Shown piece by piece: positions 1-11,303 of a stretch of DNA of 64,000 nt. Below the pieces are notes generated by a model. That model was not told where the DNA came from. It saw only the letters and a program-made list of their open reading frames with translations, and searched no databases. The stretch is taken from positions 76,987-140,986 of the forward strand of contig JAALLF010000004.1 of assembly GCA_011087645.1 (NCBI GenBank). The letters are read 5' to 3'. Numbering within the stretch: the first letter of the stretch is position 1; every line of letters starts with the position of its first letter. A program made the position numbers and the translations under genes. The stretch comes from Alphaproteobacteria bacterium (GTDB lineage: Bacteria; Pseudomonadota; Alphaproteobacteria; UBA6615).

Positions 1-87
1 TATTTTCGGATGGTTAACACACGATTGTGTGTGGAACCGCTGGCGTAATTTTTTAAACCACGTGGTGTTTCACGGCGCGAACGCAAA

Positions 88-111
88 GAGGGCTGCCCGA
101 AAGCAGCCCTC
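88..111 (-). terminator. Probable rho-independent terminator downstream of the MCP gene
   Basis: GAGGGCTGC-ccgaaa-GCAGCCCTC, a 9-bp stem followed by TTTG on the minus strand, 30 bp after the MCP stop. Confidence 0.65.
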
Positions 112-140
112 AATCGCACCGTGATATCTTCGCTTAGATG

Positions 141-1919
141 CTATGCGGTTTTGACCTCGTCGAGGAAGGACCCAATCGAACCACGCAGCTTTTCCGCCTG
201 TTGCGATAATTGCTGCGACGCCTCGAGGACCTGTTGCGCCACCGAGCCGGTCTCCTGCGCACCGCGGGAGACTTCCGTGATGTTCGACGAGACATTTTCG
301 GTGCCCGATGCGGCCTGCTGAATATTCTCAGCAATCTCGCGTGTCGCAGAGTCCTGCTCCTCAACCGCCGAAGCCACCGTGGTGGCGACTTCGCTGATTT
401 CGCCGATGGTCTTGCCGATCTCTTGGATCGCTGCCACGGCTTCCTCGGTCGATTTCTGCATGGCGCCGATTTGCGCCGAAATCTCTTCCGTGGCTTTGGC
501 GGTTTGACCAGCCAAGGATTTGACTTCTGACGCGACGACCGCAAACCCCTTGCCGGCCTCGCCGGCCCGCGAGGCTTCGATGGTCGCATTCAACGCCAGC
601 AAGTTGGTCTGATCGGCGATATCGTTGATCAAATTGACCACTTCGCCAATTTTTTGCGCCGCCTCGGCAAGACCTTCGACCTTCTGATTGGTCGCATCGG
701 CCTGCTCGACCGCGCTGGTGGCGATTTCAGCACTATGAACAACACGGCGAGAAATTTCCTGCACCGACGAGGTCATCTCCTCGGTCGCCGAAGCGACCGT
801 CTGCATGTTTGTCGACGCTTCTTCCGAAGCGGCTGCCACGGCCGTCGAACGCTGATGGGTTTCATCGGCGGTCGCGGTCATGGTGTCGGCTGATGCTTTC
901 ATCTGATCAGCAGCAGTCGCCACATTGGTCAGGGTCGACTTTGCGCTCTCATCGAACGCCTCGATCATGCGGGTTACGTTTTCAGCCCGCTCTGCATCTT
1001 GGCGTAAACGCGCCTCTTCAGCGTCACGTTGACTGGCCTGTTGTTTTTCAAGCGCTTCGCGCTCGATCGCATTTTGCTTGAATACTTCGACCCGCCGCGC
1101 CATCGAACCAATCTCGTCCTGCCGGTCCTGAGCCGGCACATCGACGCTATTGTCGCCGTCGGCTAGGCGGCGCATGACACCGGTCACTAATTTCAGCGGA
1201 GAGACCACCGAACGCGCGCCGAACAGCGCCGTTGTCATCAACAGCATGCCGGCAAGTAAAGAGGCCAGCATGATGTTGCGGCTTAGCGCCGCACCCGCGG
1301 CGAGCGGTCCATCGATCGAGGTGGTAACTTCCAACACACCGCGCACATCACCCAGCTGCCAATCGCTCTTGGGCGTATCGGGGCGTGAATTGTGACAAGC
1401 CACGCAACCTTCCGCGACGAGCTTATCGGCAACAGCCACGCGGACGACTTTCTCGCCACCAATGATTTCCTCGCGCACGAAGGTCTCATCGGGATTTTGC
1501 GACAGGAACTCCCATGCTTGTTGCTGATAGGGATCGAGCTGCCGATCGGCACGGTTGGGGAAAGGATAACCGCTGTAAAGATTGAGCCGCGTATCTTCCT
1601 GGGCGAGAAGCGCGCTTAAATCGTGGATCACCGTGGCGGGCAAGGGCACCGTATTTTCTTTGCCTTCATGGTCGATGCTCGGCTTGATCGTGCCGTTCGC
1701 CAGCACCTTCTTGATGATGTTCTTGGTATAGTACGCGCGTAGCGTCTTGAACTGGCCGACCGTTTGCACGGCGGAATTCACCGCTGTATCGCGCGCATTA
1801 CCGCCGATGACATTGGGTAAAAATATCCAGGCGACCGCCAAGGCGGCGATCAGAATGATCGGAATCGGCAGAATTAACCGCCAGGAAATGCTTTGGTTTA
1901 ACTTTAAGTGCTGCAACAT
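141..1919 (-). CDS. Methyl-accepting chemotaxis protein with periplasmic c-type heme (DUF3365/Tll0287-like) sensor, HAMP and MA domains
   Basis: Two TM segments flank a domain with LPAT...GCVACH...GDVRG; HAMP (DEIGSMAR); signalling motif [37 protein letters not shown]. Start placed at ATG 1919 after AAGGGG. Confidence 0.9.
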   Translation of the reverse strand: MLQHLKLNQSISWRLILPIPIILIAALAVAWIFLPNVIGGNARDTAVNSAVQTVGQFKTLRAYYTKNIIKKVLANGTIKPSIDHEGKENTVPLPATVIHDLSALLAQEDTRLNLYSGYPFPNRADRQLDPYQQQAWEFLSQNPDETFVREEIIGGEKVVRVAVADKLVAEGCVACHNSRPDTPKSDWQLGDVRGVLEVTTSIDGPLAAGAALSRNIMLASLLAGMLLMTTALFGARSVVSPLKLVTGVMRRLADGDNSVDVPAQDRQDEIGSMARRVEVFKQNAIEREALEKQQASQRDAEEARLRQDAERAENVTRMIEAFDESAKSTLTNVATAADQMKASADTMTATADETHQRSTAVAAASEEASTNMQTVASATEEMTSSVQEISRRVVHSAEIATSAVEQADATNQKVEGLAEAAQKIGEVVNLINDIADQTNLLALNATIEASRAGEAGKGFAVVASEVKSLAGQTAKATEEISAQIGAMQKSTEEAVAAIQEIGKTIGEISEVATTVASAVEEQDSATREIAENIQQAASGTENVSSNITEVSRGAQETGSVAQQVLEASQQLSQQAEKLRGSIGSFLDEVKTA

Positions 1920-2201
1920 GTAACCGCCCCTTCGATCTGCGTTTCGGAGTACGTACCGGCAAGCAATCTCAGCAGTACAAATCCAAACACCCACATCGAG
2001 GGATCGAATGACACAAACGAAAATTTAAATCGTCTCGGGTCGTGCTGCTTCGCCGCATACAACAACACGTAAGTACTAGGACTTAGTTAACGCGCATTTG
2101 AGAAACCGATTGCCGTCGGGTGGAAACGCGCGCGGCAACGGTTGGCCGCCGGTAAATTACCGACGCGCTAACGACCTCGAAATAACAGAATTGGCTCGAA
2201 G

Positions 2202-2651
2202 CTAGTCCAGCGCGCTCTTAAGCATGCTTTTCAGTTGCTCGAGCTCTTCAAGCAAGCCCTGCAGCTCTTGGCGTTGCGCGGCCGAAAGTTTGGTGTCCGA
2301 TCCGGCACCCTTTGGAGTCGCCGCGGCGGACGCCTTATCGCTGTCGGGCGATTTTCCGGATCCGCGCTTGGGTTTCAGCGCGCCGTCACGCAACAGCTTT
2401 TGCACGCCCTTGATGGTATAGCCGTCGTCGTACAACAGATTGCGGATATTTTGCAGGAGGTCGACATCGTCAGGTCGATAATAGCGGCGTCCGCCGCCGC
2501 GTTTTAAAGGCCGGACCTGGCTGAACTTCGATTCCCAGAATCGCAACACATGCTGCGGCACATCGAGGGCGGTCGCGACCTCGCTGATTGTGCGAAAGGC
2601 TTGCGCAGATTTATCGCCTGATCGTCTCGATGCGCCTGCTGTGTCGGCCAT
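2202..2651 (-). CDS. MerR-family transcriptional regulator (ihfA-linked)
   Basis: FRTISEVA...[10 protein letters not shown]...GGRRYYRP...GYTIKGVQ; conserved position after ihfA. Confidence 0.9.
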   Translation of the reverse strand: MADTAGASRRSGDKSAQAFRTISEVATALDVPQHVLRFWESKFSQVRPLKRGGGRRYYRPDDVDLLQNIRNLLYDDGYTIKGVQKLLRDGALKPKRGSGKSPDSDKASAAATPKGAGSDTKLSAAQRQELQGLLEELEQLKSMLKSALD

Positions 2652-2659
2652 AACCGCCC

Positions 2660-3031
2660 CTATGGGGTGCTACTATCGGGGGACGGGCTGTCGGGATGCG
2701 TCGTGGTGTCTTCAGCATCCCCGCCGGCCTCGACCAAGGTATCATTGATACTTTTTTTAAGAACATGGCTCGGCCGGAAGACTAGGACCCGGCGCGGCAG
2801 GATCGGCACTTCGTCGCCCGTTTTCGGGTTCCGGCCCATCCTTTGTCCCTTACTCCGCACGGAAAAACTGCCGAAGGATGATAATTTTACCATCTCGCCG
2901 CGCACCAAGGCCTCGGATACTTCCGCAAGTACGGATTCGACGAGTTCGGCTGATTCATTACGCGAAAGCCCAACCTCCTGATAAACCGCTTCGGTCAGTT
3001 GTGCCCGTGTAATCGTATCCGCCACCGTCAC
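2660..3031 (-). CDS. ihfA: Integration host factor subunit alpha
   Basis: VKLSSFGSF...[23 protein letters not shown]. Confidence 0.95.
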   Translation of the reverse strand: MTVADTITRAQLTEAVYQEVGLSRNESAELVESVLAEVSEALVRGEMVKLSSFGSFSVRSKGQRMGRNPKTGDEVPILPRRVLVFRPSHVLKKSINDTLVEAGGDAEDTTTHPDSPSPDSSTP

Positions 3032-3158
3032 TCTCCCCCATTAACTAGAAGAAACGGTAACCCCTGGCGATAAATGCGTCAATATCAAAGGATTGGACGG
3101 TGAGTTTAATCCAAGTTAAAGGCTGAAATAATGGCGAATAGGGTTCATTCACTGGAAA

Positions 3159-4136
3159 TTACCAGCGCACCAGACCGGATCCCCAAGTCATCCCGCCCCC
3201 CAGGGCTTCTATGAGCACCAAATCACCCTGTTTAATGCGCGCGTCCCCGGTTGCGACCCACAGCGCCAAGGGGATCGAGGCAGCCGACGTATTGGCGTGC
3301 CGATCGATGGTGACCACCACCCGGTCGCCATTAATGCCTAATTTCTTGGCGGTCCCGTCGATAATGCGTTTGTTGGCCTGATGGGGCACGAACCAGTCGA
3401 TATCGCTTGCCGTGAGGCCGTTCGCTTCCAGCGCCTCCACCGTTACGTCGGCCATCTTGACCACCGCGTGGCGAAACACTTCCTTGCCTTCCATACGCAA
3501 GAACCCGACTTCACCGGTCGATGACGGACCGCCATCGACATACAGCAGATCGTGCAAGCGGCCATCGGAATGGAGATGGGTCGACAAAACACCCCGGTCG
3601 GTGGCGTTACCCTGGCCATCCTCGGCCTTGAGTACGATGGCGCCGGCGCCGTCGCCGAACAGAACGCAGGTGCCGCGGTCCTGCCAGTCGAGAATGCGCG
3701 AGAAGGTTTCCGCGCCGATCACCAGAGCAGTACCGGCTTGGCCGGACTTTACGAAATTATCGGCGGTGGCGAGGGCATAGACGAAGCCGGAGCAGACTGC
3801 CTGAACATCGAAAGCCATGGCGTTATCGGCACCGACTTTCGACTGCACAACCGTCGCGCTGGCGGGAAAGGTTTCATCGGGCGTCGACGTGGCAACCACG
3901 ATAAGGTCGACGGCGTCCGGCGTAATGCCAGCGGCATCCAAGGCGGTGCGAGCGGCGGCGCAAGCCAGGTCAGAGGTTAGCTCACCCTCGGCGGCGATGT
4001 AGCGTTGGGTAATACCGCTGCGCTCGCGGATCCATTCGTCCGAGGTATCCAGGCGCTGCGCCAGCTCTTCGTTGGTCAGAACTTTTTCGGGTAGATAACC
4101 GCCACAACCAACAACCACCGAACGTCGGACCGTCAC
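3159..4136 (-). CDS. fabH: Beta-ketoacyl-ACP synthase III
   Basis: AVCSGF (catalytic Cys), PHQAN (His), HANTSAAS (Asn), GGGMTWG. Confidence 0.96.
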   Translation of the reverse strand: MTVRRSVVVGCGGYLPEKVLTNEELAQRLDTSDEWIRERSGITQRYIAAEGELTSDLACAAARTALDAAGITPDAVDLIVVATSTPDETFPASATVVQSKVGADNAMAFDVQAVCSGFVYALATADNFVKSGQAGTALVIGAETFSRILDWQDRGTCVLFGDGAGAIVLKAEDGQGNATDRGVLSTHLHSDGRLHDLLYVDGGPSSTGEVGFLRMEGKEVFRHAVVKMADVTVEALEANGLTASDIDWFVPHQANKRIIDGTAKKLGINGDRVVVTIDRHANTSAASIPLALWVATGDARIKQGDLVLIEALGGGMTWGSGLVRW

Positions 4137-5170
4137 GTTGCGCCTCCAGCCTCGTCTAGGTTGAGGCGGGCAATTTGTTCGGCAATTAACTCGTTGCCAC
4201 CATATTCGATCATGTCGAGCGCAACTCCAATAGCGGTTGCGAATCCAACCGCGTCGGTTCCTCCGTGGCTTTTAACACATATGCCATTGAGCCCAAGGAA
4301 CATTGCGCCGTTATAGCGCCGCGGATCGCTGCGGCTGCGTAATTTGTCGAGGGAGTGCTTGGCGAAGACGTAGCCGATCTTGGCCCAAAAGGAATTGCGA
4401 AAAGCCTCGCGCACGAAGCCGTTGATCAGCTTTGCCGTGCCCTCCGCCGTTTTCAAAGCAACGTTGCCGGTAAAGCCGTCGGTCACCACGACATCGACCG
4501 CGCCGGTAGGAATATCGTCGCCCTCGACAAAACCAACGAACTCGCCCGGAAAATCGAGACCGCGGATCGTATCCGCAGCTGTCTTCAGGGCTTCGTTACC
4601 CTTGGTATCTTCTTCACCGACGTTAAGCAGGCCCAGAGTCGGATCTTCGATGCCAAGTATCGTGCGCGCATAGACTTCGCCCATGACGGCGAACTGAACC
4701 AGGTTGCTCGCGTCGCAGGCGATGTTGGCTCCAAGATCAAGCATCACGGTCTCGCCGCGCAATGTGGGGAAAAACGAAGCGATCGCCGGACGGTTGATGC
4801 CGGGCAAATTGCGCCATTGGAACATCGCCATAGCCATCAAGGCGCCGGTATTACCCGCCGACACGACGCCAGAGGAATTGCCGTGCTTAACTGAGTCGAT
4901 AGCCAGCCACATTGATGTCGTGCGCCCGTTGCGCAAAACCTGCGAGGGTTTATCGTCGGCGGCTACCTGCTCCGCGGTGTGATGAATTTCGACGAATTCC
5001 GCCAGCCCGCGCTGCTTGGCGACTCGCGGCTCAATTTCCTCGCGGTCACCGAATAGCAGGAAACGCACATTGGGAAAGCGACGGCGCGCAATATTGGCGC
5101 CAGCGACCACGATATGCGGCGCGTTGTCGCCGCCCATGGCATCCAAGGCAATAGTGACGGACTCGCTCAA
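4133..5170 (-). CDS. plsX: Phosphate acyltransferase PlsX
   Basis: [41 protein letters not shown]. Confidence 0.96.
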   Translation of the reverse strand: MSESVTIALDAMGGDNAPHIVVAGANIARRRFPNVRFLLFGDREEIEPRVAKQRGLAEFVEIHHTAEQVAADDKPSQVLRNGRTTSMWLAIDSVKHGNSSGVVSAGNTGALMAMAMFQWRNLPGINRPAIASFFPTLRGETVMLDLGANIACDASNLVQFAVMGEVYARTILGIEDPTLGLLNVGEEDTKGNEALKTAADTIRGLDFPGEFVGFVEGDDIPTGAVDVVVTDGFTGNVALKTAEGTAKLINGFVREAFRNSFWAKIGYVFAKHSLDKLRSRSDPRRYNGAMFLGLNGICVKSHGGTDAVGFATAIGVALDMIEYGGNELIAEQIARLNLDEAGGAT

Positions 5171-5212
5171 TTGAGGCCGCTTTCCAGCCGAACTATACGG
5201 CCTGAGCTATGA

Positions 5213-5398
5213 TTAGATTTTGTCTTTAACTTGAATAACTTGCCGGCCTTTGTAAAAGCCAGTTTTCATGTCGACATGATGGGGCCGGTGATATTCGCCG
5301 GTCTCCTGATCTTCAACATAAGCGGGCGATTTCAGCGAATCGTGGGACCGGCGCATGTCGCGGCGCGATTTGGAAACTTTCTTCTTCGGAACAGCCAT
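5213..5398 (-). CDS. rpmF: 50S ribosomal protein L32 (cysteine-less form)
   Basis: [19 protein letters not shown]...RPHHV...GFYKGRQV. Confidence 0.95.
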   Translation of the reverse strand: MAVPKKKVSKSRRDMRRSHDSLKSPAYVEDQETGEYHRPHHVDMKTGFYKGRQVIQVKDKI

Positions 5399-5515
5399 GG
5401 TCTTTTCCTTTACTGCAGAGCCTACCGTCGGCAGGCGCCAGCACGACAGGAAGCAGGTATCTAGCCAATAATGCGCCCGCTCGCAAGGGACTAACGTTGC
5501 GGCGGACCGATTAGG

Positions 5516-6064
5516 TCAGTTGCGATCTCGGTCCCGTAATTGCGCTAACGCGGCAAAGGGGCCGTTATCCTGGGTTTTCGTCTTTATTTCAGCTATTTCG
5601 ACATCCGCGTCCGGGGCGCGTGGGTAAGGGTTTATGGACAAGTATAGGTACTGCGCCACGAGCTCACCCAAATCGATTGAGTCGCCCGTAACCGGTTCCG
5701 GCGGCTCGATATCCTCGGGTCCGATCTCGAGTTCGTCCTCGGGCTCAGCCGGATTCAGGGTGTATCGCTGATCGAAGGGAGCATCGATCACATCGTCAAC
5801 CGGCTCCAGGGTAACGACGCATTCCTGCGTAAGTTTAGCGGTTAGACGCCCCTCGACAGTGATTTCTCCCAGAGGATTCTGTCGCACCGTCATCCGGGCT
5901 GCCAACGCTTCCAGGGAAAGCAATTCGTAGCGCTTCGCCAACGCCTGACATTCGGCCGCCGTCGCCTCGATCTCGACCTCATGCTCCGGCGAGTCCGCGA
6001 ACTCAGCCAAATGGAACAATCTCGACAGTTCGGTCGGAATGGCATCAGGCGTCTCGTCGGTCAC
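5516..6064 (-). CDS. YceD/DUF177 family protein
   Basis: QECVVTLEP, IDLGELVAQ...NPYPR, C-terminal PFAALAQL; lies upstream of rpmF. Confidence 0.85.
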   Translation of the reverse strand: MTDETPDAIPTELSRLFHLAEFADSPEHEVEIEATAAECQALAKRYELLSLEALAARMTVRQNPLGEITVEGRLTAKLTQECVVTLEPVDDVIDAPFDQRYTLNPAEPEDELEIGPEDIEPPEPVTGDSIDLGELVAQYLYLSINPYPRAPDADVEIAEIKTKTQDNGPFAALAQLRDRDRN

Positions 6065-6612
6065 GACTGACCCTTCCGCTCAACCGTGGCGGACGGAAAG
6101 CTTACGCTCCCCACCATTATCTCGGATATTGACTGCATCTCCAGACTATCGATTGCGCCTTGGATATAGGCGATCATTGCCGCGACCTCGCCGTCGGAGG
6201 CATCTGCCGAGGCATAGAGATTACGGCGCAACGCATCGGCGAGGTCATCGGCGCCGCCGGCAAAGCCCTTTTCATAGGCATCGATGCGGCCATAGAGGTT
6301 CCGGGCCAGTTTTTTGACCCGCTTGCCAATGCCCATGTCGCCAATCCCCTGCTCACGTAGGGTTCGATCAAGGTCGGCGAACATCAAGTCATGGACCGCC
6401 TGCGACAGATCTTTGCCAGCGATATCGGTTCGCCCCAATCGACGAAATAGCAGATACGAATGCAGACAGATCATTTCGAAACGGCCCAACTCGGAATCGG
6501 GCACGCCAAATGACAGATAAAACTCTGGGCTTCGCGCGTGCGCGACCACGTGGTTATAGAGTTTAACCGCAACGTCGTTTCGTTGCCGGCGTGCATTGAG
6601 CCATTTGAACAT
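6061..6612 (-). CDS. Ubiquinol-cytochrome c chaperone (Cbp3-like) protein
   Basis: FGVPDSELGRFEMICLH, DLDRTLREQGIGDMGIGKRVKKL, ALRRNLY; conserved synteny with bamE. Confidence 0.85.
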   Translation of the reverse strand: MFKWLNARRQRNDVAVKLYNHVVAHARSPEFYLSFGVPDSELGRFEMICLHSYLLFRRLGRTDIAGKDLSQAVHDLMFADLDRTLREQGIGDMGIGKRVKKLARNLYGRIDAYEKGFAGGADDLADALRRNLYASADASDGEVAAMIAYIQGAIDSLEMQSISEIMVGSVSFPSATVERKGQS

Positions 6613-6720
6613 CAGCTTACCGGATAAGTGTGTTTCAGTGGATTAGTTGACATGAAGGAAGGCGCAGTGCAAATCTCGCGCCTCGAATTAGCACCCTCGA
6701 TTATCATGGACGAAGTCGCA

Positions 6721-7194
6721 ATGCTGCGGTTCAAAATTATTGGCCGATCGACACGCGCCTGGCGCAATATAGCGCTGGTCGCAACAGTCGGTGTGTTGAG
6801 CGCCTGTACCCCCGTCATCAATGTTCATGGGCAAACGCCCGACCCCGATGATTTGGAGCTCGTCGAAGTTGGACAGTCGACCCGACGCGATGTTGAGCAA
6901 CGCTTGGGCACGGCCTCAACCAGCAGCGTGTTTTCCGATAACGTCTGGTACTATTACAGCGAGACCACAGAAACTGTCGCGTTCTTCGAACCCGAAGTAA
7001 AGGAACGCAAAATAATTGCCATTGTGTTCGCCCCCGATGGCCGTGTCGACAATATTGCCACTTACACCGAGGAAGACGGAAAGCCGGTCGAGCTGGTCAG
7101 CCGGGTAACCCCGACCGCCGGCAATGAACTGACATTCCTCCAGCAACTATTCGGCAACATCGGCCGCTTCAGTACACCTGACTCTGGTCAGTAA
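6721..7194 (+). CDS. bamE: Outer membrane protein assembly factor BamE (lipoprotein)
   Basis: Lipobox VLSAC, GQSTRRDVEQRLGTAS, WYY, C-terminal TPTAGNELTFLQQLFGNIG; start uncertain (6706 or 6721). Confidence 0.88.
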   Translation: MLRFKIIGRSTRAWRNIALVATVGVLSACTPVINVHGQTPDPDDLELVEVGQSTRRDVEQRLGTASTSSVFSDNVWYYYSETTETVAFFEPEVKERKIIAIVFAPDGRVDNIATYTEEDGKPVELVSRVTPTAGNELTFLQQLFGNIGRFSTPDSGQ

Positions 7195-7204
7195 AGACCA
7201 AAAA

Positions 7205-7232
7205 TATCGGCGGGCCTCGCGACCCGCCGATA
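7205..7232. terminator. Stem-loop terminator between convergent bamE and hppA
   Basis: TATCGGCGGG-cctcgcga-CCCGCCGATA; A-run on the left gives a U-tail on the minus strand. Confidence 0.7.
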
Positions 7233-7260
7233 GATGTCCCATTCTTTTTCGATCTTGGCG

Positions 7261-9384
7261 TTATAGCCCCGCCAAAACCGCCAAAATCATCAATGCGACG
7301 ATGTTGGTGATCTTGATCATCGGATTGACCGCGGGTCCGGCTGTATCCTTGTAGGGATCGCCAACCGTATCGCCGGTTACCGCGGCTTTGTGAGCTTCCG
7401 AGCCTTTACCGCCATGATTGCCGTCTTCGATGTACTTCTTGGCATTATCCCAAGCGCCGCCGCCCGCTGTCATCGAGATCGCGACGAACAGCCCGGTGAC
7501 AATCACACCCAACAGCATGGCGCCGAGCGAGGAAAAGGCCGCCGACTTGCCGCCAATCGCCAGGATGACGACGAACAGCACGATCGGCGACAGCACCGGC
7601 AATAGCGACGGGATGATCATTTCCTTGATCGCCGCGCGGGTCAGCAAGTCGACGCAAGTGCCGTATTCGGGCTTGCCGGTGCCTTCCATGATGCCGGGGA
7701 TTTCCTTGAACTGCCGTCGCACTTCGACGACGACCGAGCCCGCCGCGCGACCGACCGCGGTCATGCCCATGGCGCCGAACAGAAACGGCAACATGCCACC
7801 GACGAACAAGCCGACAACCACAAACGGATTGGTTAGCGAGAAATCGAGAGTCACGCCGGCGAAATAGGCGTGGCTGTCAGGTTCGTCGATGAAGAATTTT
7901 AGATCCGAGGTGTAAGCCGCAAACAGCACCAGCGCGCCAAGACCGGCTGAGCCGATGGCGTAGCCCTTGGTGACGGCCTTCGTGGTGTTGCCCACCGCGT
8001 CGAGCGCGTCTGTCGTTTTCCGCACATCGTCATCGAGCTCGGCCATTTCGGCGATGCCACCGGCATTGTCGGTGACCGGCCCGTAAGCGTCGAGCGCGAC
8101 CACCATGCCGGCCAGAGCCAACATCGCGGTCACCGCAATAGCGATACCGAGCAAGCCGGCCAGCGAGAAGGACACGATAATGGCGCCACAGATGACCAGC
8201 GCCGGAACCGCGGTCGCCTCCATCGAGATCGCCAGGCCTTGGATAACATTGGTGCCATGCCCCGTGGTCGAAGCCTGAGCGATCGAGCGTACCGGACGGT
8301 ACTCGGTGCCGGTATAGTATTCGGTGATCCATATCAGCAGACCGGTCACTACCAGACCGGTAACGGCGCTTAGAAACAACGCCGTTCCGGTCACGTCAGT
8401 ACCATCAGCCGTGAACTGCACATCGAAACCGATGACCCATTGGGTGACCCCGGCGATGCCGATCAGGGACAAAACCGCTGAGGCGATGAAGCCCTTATAC
8501 AGCGCACCCATGATGTTGGTGCCGCCACCCAGGCTGACGAAGAAGGTGCCGATAATCGAGGCGATAATGCAGACGCCGCCGATGGCCAGCGGATAGACCA
8601 TCATCGAGTCCAGCAACGTATTGCCGCTGAGGAAGATCGAGATCAGCACCATGGTGGCAACCACGGTCACCGCATAGGTCTCAAACAGATCGGCCGCCAT
8701 GCCGGCGCAATCGCCGACATTATCGCCAACGTTATCGGCAATGACCGCCGGGTTACGGGGGTCGTCTTCCGGGATACCGGCTTCGACTTTACCCACTAGG
8801 TCGGCGCCCACATCGGCGCCCTTGGTGAAGATGCCGCCGCCGAGGCGCGCGAAGATCGAGATGAGCGAGGCGCCGAAGCCAAGCGACACCAGCGCGTCGA
8901 TCATATCGCGACCGCCGATGGTGCCGTTATCCTGCATCACCGTGAGAACACCGAAATAGCCGGCAACCGCCAACAATGCGAGCCCGGCCACCAACATGCC
9001 GGTGACCGCCCCGGCGCGAAAGGCAACCGACAGGCCCTGCCCCAGCCCCTGGCGGGCGGCTTCCGTGGTCCGCACGTTAGAGCGAACCGAGATATTCATA
9101 CCGATATAGCCGGTGGCGCCCGATAGCACGGCGCCGATGATAAAGCCGACCGCGGCGGGCCAGATCAGCACGAAAAACAAGATAATCGCGATGACGATGC
9201 CGACGATGCCAATGGCGCGATATTGCCGGTTCAAATAGGCCGCGGCGCCCTCTTGGACGGCGGCGGAGATTTCCTGCATTCGCTCTGTACCGGCGCTCAT
9301 CGCCAGAACCGAACGCGCCGCCCAAATGCCATATACAATTGCCAAAACGCCACAGGCGATGGCAAACCAAACAACTGGAGCCAT
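7261..9384 (-). CDS. hppA: Membrane-bound H+-translocating pyrophosphatase (K+-independent type)
   Basis: [50 protein letters not shown] (Lys variant), [19 protein letters not shown]. Confidence 0.96.
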   Translation of the reverse strand: MAPVVWFAIACGVLAIVYGIWAARSVLAMSAGTERMQEISAAVQEGAAAYLNRQYRAIGIVGIVIAIILFFVLIWPAAVGFIIGAVLSGATGYIGMNISVRSNVRTTEAARQGLGQGLSVAFRAGAVTGMLVAGLALLAVAGYFGVLTVMQDNGTIGGRDMIDALVSLGFGASLISIFARLGGGIFTKGADVGADLVGKVEAGIPEDDPRNPAVIADNVGDNVGDCAGMAADLFETYAVTVVATMVLISIFLSGNTLLDSMMVYPLAIGGVCIIASIIGTFFVSLGGGTNIMGALYKGFIASAVLSLIGIAGVTQWVIGFDVQFTADGTDVTGTALFLSAVTGLVVTGLLIWITEYYTGTEYRPVRSIAQASTTGHGTNVIQGLAISMEATAVPALVICGAIIVSFSLAGLLGIAIAVTAMLALAGMVVALDAYGPVTDNAGGIAEMAELDDDVRKTTDALDAVGNTTKAVTKGYAIGSAGLGALVLFAAYTSDLKFFIDEPDSHAYFAGVTLDFSLTNPFVVVGLFVGGMLPFLFGAMGMTAVGRAAGSVVVEVRRQFKEIPGIMEGTGKPEYGTCVDLLTRAAIKEMIIPSLLPVLSPIVLFVVILAIGGKSAAFSSLGAMLLGVIVTGLFVAISMTAGGGAWDNAKKYIEDGNHGGKGSEAHKAAVTGDTVGDPYKDTAGPAVNPMIKITNIVALMILAVLAGL

Positions 9385-9561
9385 ATCGATGCTTCCCTTG
9401 TATCAGTGTTCTCTTTTACCGGATTTCCCGACCGCATCCATTGCAGCATCGGCCGAATCATCATTCCCCCGAAAAGGTCGCGGGAACATGCCAAAAAGGC
9501 TTGCGCAACGCAACCGGCGAGCGGCCAAAGCCACCGAATTATTAGCTGAGCGCGCTCAAAA

Positions 9562-10788
9562 TTACGCGGTGACCGGCACCCGCCGTCCCCGGAGCCAGAT
9601 AACGGCGATCAAAACCAACACCAACAAGGGGACCGCCGCGAGATTTGTCGCCGCCCAGCCGACCGCCTGGAACGTCGCACCAGCCAATAGCGAACACACC
9701 GCCACAGTGCCAAACACGAACAAGTCGTTGATGCCTTGAATTTGAGCTTTCTCCGCCGGCGTGTAGGTCTGCAGCAGAAGCGTGGTGCCAGCGGTGAACA
9801 TGAAGTTCCACCCTAAACCGACAACCGCCATGGCAATCCTCAGATGATATATGGAATCACCACTCAGATTTACCGCGATACTCAGTCCCGAAATCATCGC
9901 GCCGGCGGCGATAATGTTCACGTCGCCATAACGCTTTATCAGCCAGCCAGTGAAGAAGCTGGGGGCGAACATTCCGACCACGTGCCACATGATGACATTG
10001 TTGATGTCGGGCAATCCAAAGGGATGGGTCGGGTGGAAACTCATAAACAGCGGCGTCGACAACATGACGAAGTTCATCACCCCGTAGCCGACCATCGCGC
10101 TCATGAGCGCGACTATGAATGTTGGCTGGGCGGCGATTTGGCGGAACGGACGAACGTCGCTTGACCGTTCCGCCTCGCTGGGCGGCGGGATATCGGTGAA
10201 CAGCAGCAAGACGATCATTACCAATTGCATCGCAATAATGACCGCGAAGACACCGCCATAGATTACTGGCGCCAACATATCGAACGACCAGGTCGATAAT
10301 GACGGTCCGGCGACTCCGGCGAAAACGCCGCCCGCCAATACCAGACTGACGGCTTTGGCCTTGAAGGCATCGTCCGCGGTGTCGACCGCGGCAAAACGGA
10401 ATTGCTGGTTCGAACCGGCCGAGGTTCCGAAGAGGGCCGAACCGACGCAAAATAGGAAGAAGTTTTGTTCGATTAGACCAAACAACGCTATGGCGGCACC
10501 GGTCGAGCCGATCAGGATAAATATAATGAAACCATTGGCCCGACCGATGCGCTTCATGAGTAGCGCCGCCGGCAGCGTCGAGAACATCATGAATACGAAC
10601 TGCAGGGTGATCGGCAAGGTCGCCAGGCCAAACGGTATGCCGAGCACATTCACCGTCGGCGCCAGCGACGCGCCGATGATGGCTGAGACCGAAAAGATCA
10701 AAACCATCTGCGTCTGCGACAGCGCCTGGCAGACCGACAAAAGGGATACGTTACGAAGGGCGCGGTTGATTTTCATGAGCCGGACCAT
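9562..10788 (-). CDS. MFS transporter, probable riboflavin transporter RfnT family
   Basis: Multi-TM MFS pattern; QQFRFAAVD, WHVVGMFAPSFFTG, GLGWNF; at the distal end of the rib-nusB operon, upstream of hppA. Confidence 0.75.
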   Translation of the reverse strand: MVRLMKINRALRNVSLLSVCQALSQTQMVLIFSVSAIIGASLAPTVNVLGIPFGLATLPITLQFVFMMFSTLPAALLMKRIGRANGFIIFILIGSTGAAIALFGLIEQNFFLFCVGSALFGTSAGSNQQFRFAAVDTADDAFKAKAVSLVLAGGVFAGVAGPSLSTWSFDMLAPVIYGGVFAVIIAMQLVMIVLLLFTDIPPPSEAERSSDVRPFRQIAAQPTFIVALMSAMVGYGVMNFVMLSTPLFMSFHPTHPFGLPDINNVIMWHVVGMFAPSFFTGWLIKRYGDVNIIAAGAMISGLSIAVNLSGDSIYHLRIAMAVVGLGWNFMFTAGTTLLLQTYTPAEKAQIQGINDLFVFGTVAVCSLLAGATFQAVGWAATNLAAVPLLVLVLIAVIWLRGRRVPVTA

Positions 10789-10851
10789 CCGGCAATGGCG
10801 CTAAAATTACAAGCCGCTAATGTGAATAGCTGGGTTGCCTAGGCTAAGTAT

Positions 10852-11292
10852 CTAGGCGCCGCGGCGTGACAACGCGTTGACGAACACGTCCAACACGACA
10901 TCCTTGCCGAGCTCTCGTTGCGCCACGACCAACATGCGCCGTTTGACGGCATCGACGCTGACCTTACGGCCGGTATATTCCTCGCGCTCGAACATGGCGT
11001 GAAGTTCGCGAAACATGGTGTCGCGCAGGCGCCGCCGCTGTTCAACGATATCGGTGCGAACGCTTTCGTCGGCGATTTCAAGGGTCACGGCGACGGTGAA
11101 GGTGCCGGCGGCCCCCTGCTGTCTGAAGATCGTGGCCGTGATGGGCGGCAGCTTCAGATAGATAGGCTCCCCGTTCGATGAGGGCGCCGCTTTCTCGGCA
11201 ACCGGTATCGCCCGGAGTTGCGGTTCCGCGGCCACTTCCTGTGCGCCGCCGGTCATCAGAACGACAATGGCCGGTATCAGTAATTTTTTCAT
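10852..11292 (-). CDS. FliL-like protein (signal peptide plus FliL domain)
   Basis: N-terminal MKKLLIPAIVVL signal; YLKLPPITATI...VTLEI...RLRD...VKRRM...LGKDVVLDVFV resembles the FliL C-domain. Confidence 0.6.
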   Translation of the reverse strand: MKKLLIPAIVVLMTGGAQEVAAEPQLRAIPVAEKAAPSSNGEPIYLKLPPITATIFRQQGAAGTFTVAVTLEIADESVRTDIVEQRRRLRDTMFRELHAMFEREEYTGRKVSVDAVKRRMLVVAQRELGKDVVLDVFVNALSRRGA

Positions 11293-11303
11293 GCTGTGTT
11301 CGC

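Noticed and set aside
1995-2201. Possible tRNA-Pro or sRNA after the ihfA-merR pair, where many Alphaproteobacteria have one
   Set aside because: No cloverleaf or T-loop GTTCRAATC visible; only short dyads such as CGGTAA-A-TTACCG (2150-2162).
5213-5398. Zn-free variants (L32 without Cys, Asp-type HemB) read as a zinc-sparing adaptation
   Set aside because: These forms are common in Alphaproteobacteria, so they are not evidence of a special adaptation.
9474-9494. TGGCA...GC resembling a sigma-54 promoter upstream of hppA
   Set aside because: The GG-to-GC spacing is 9 nt rather than the required 10.
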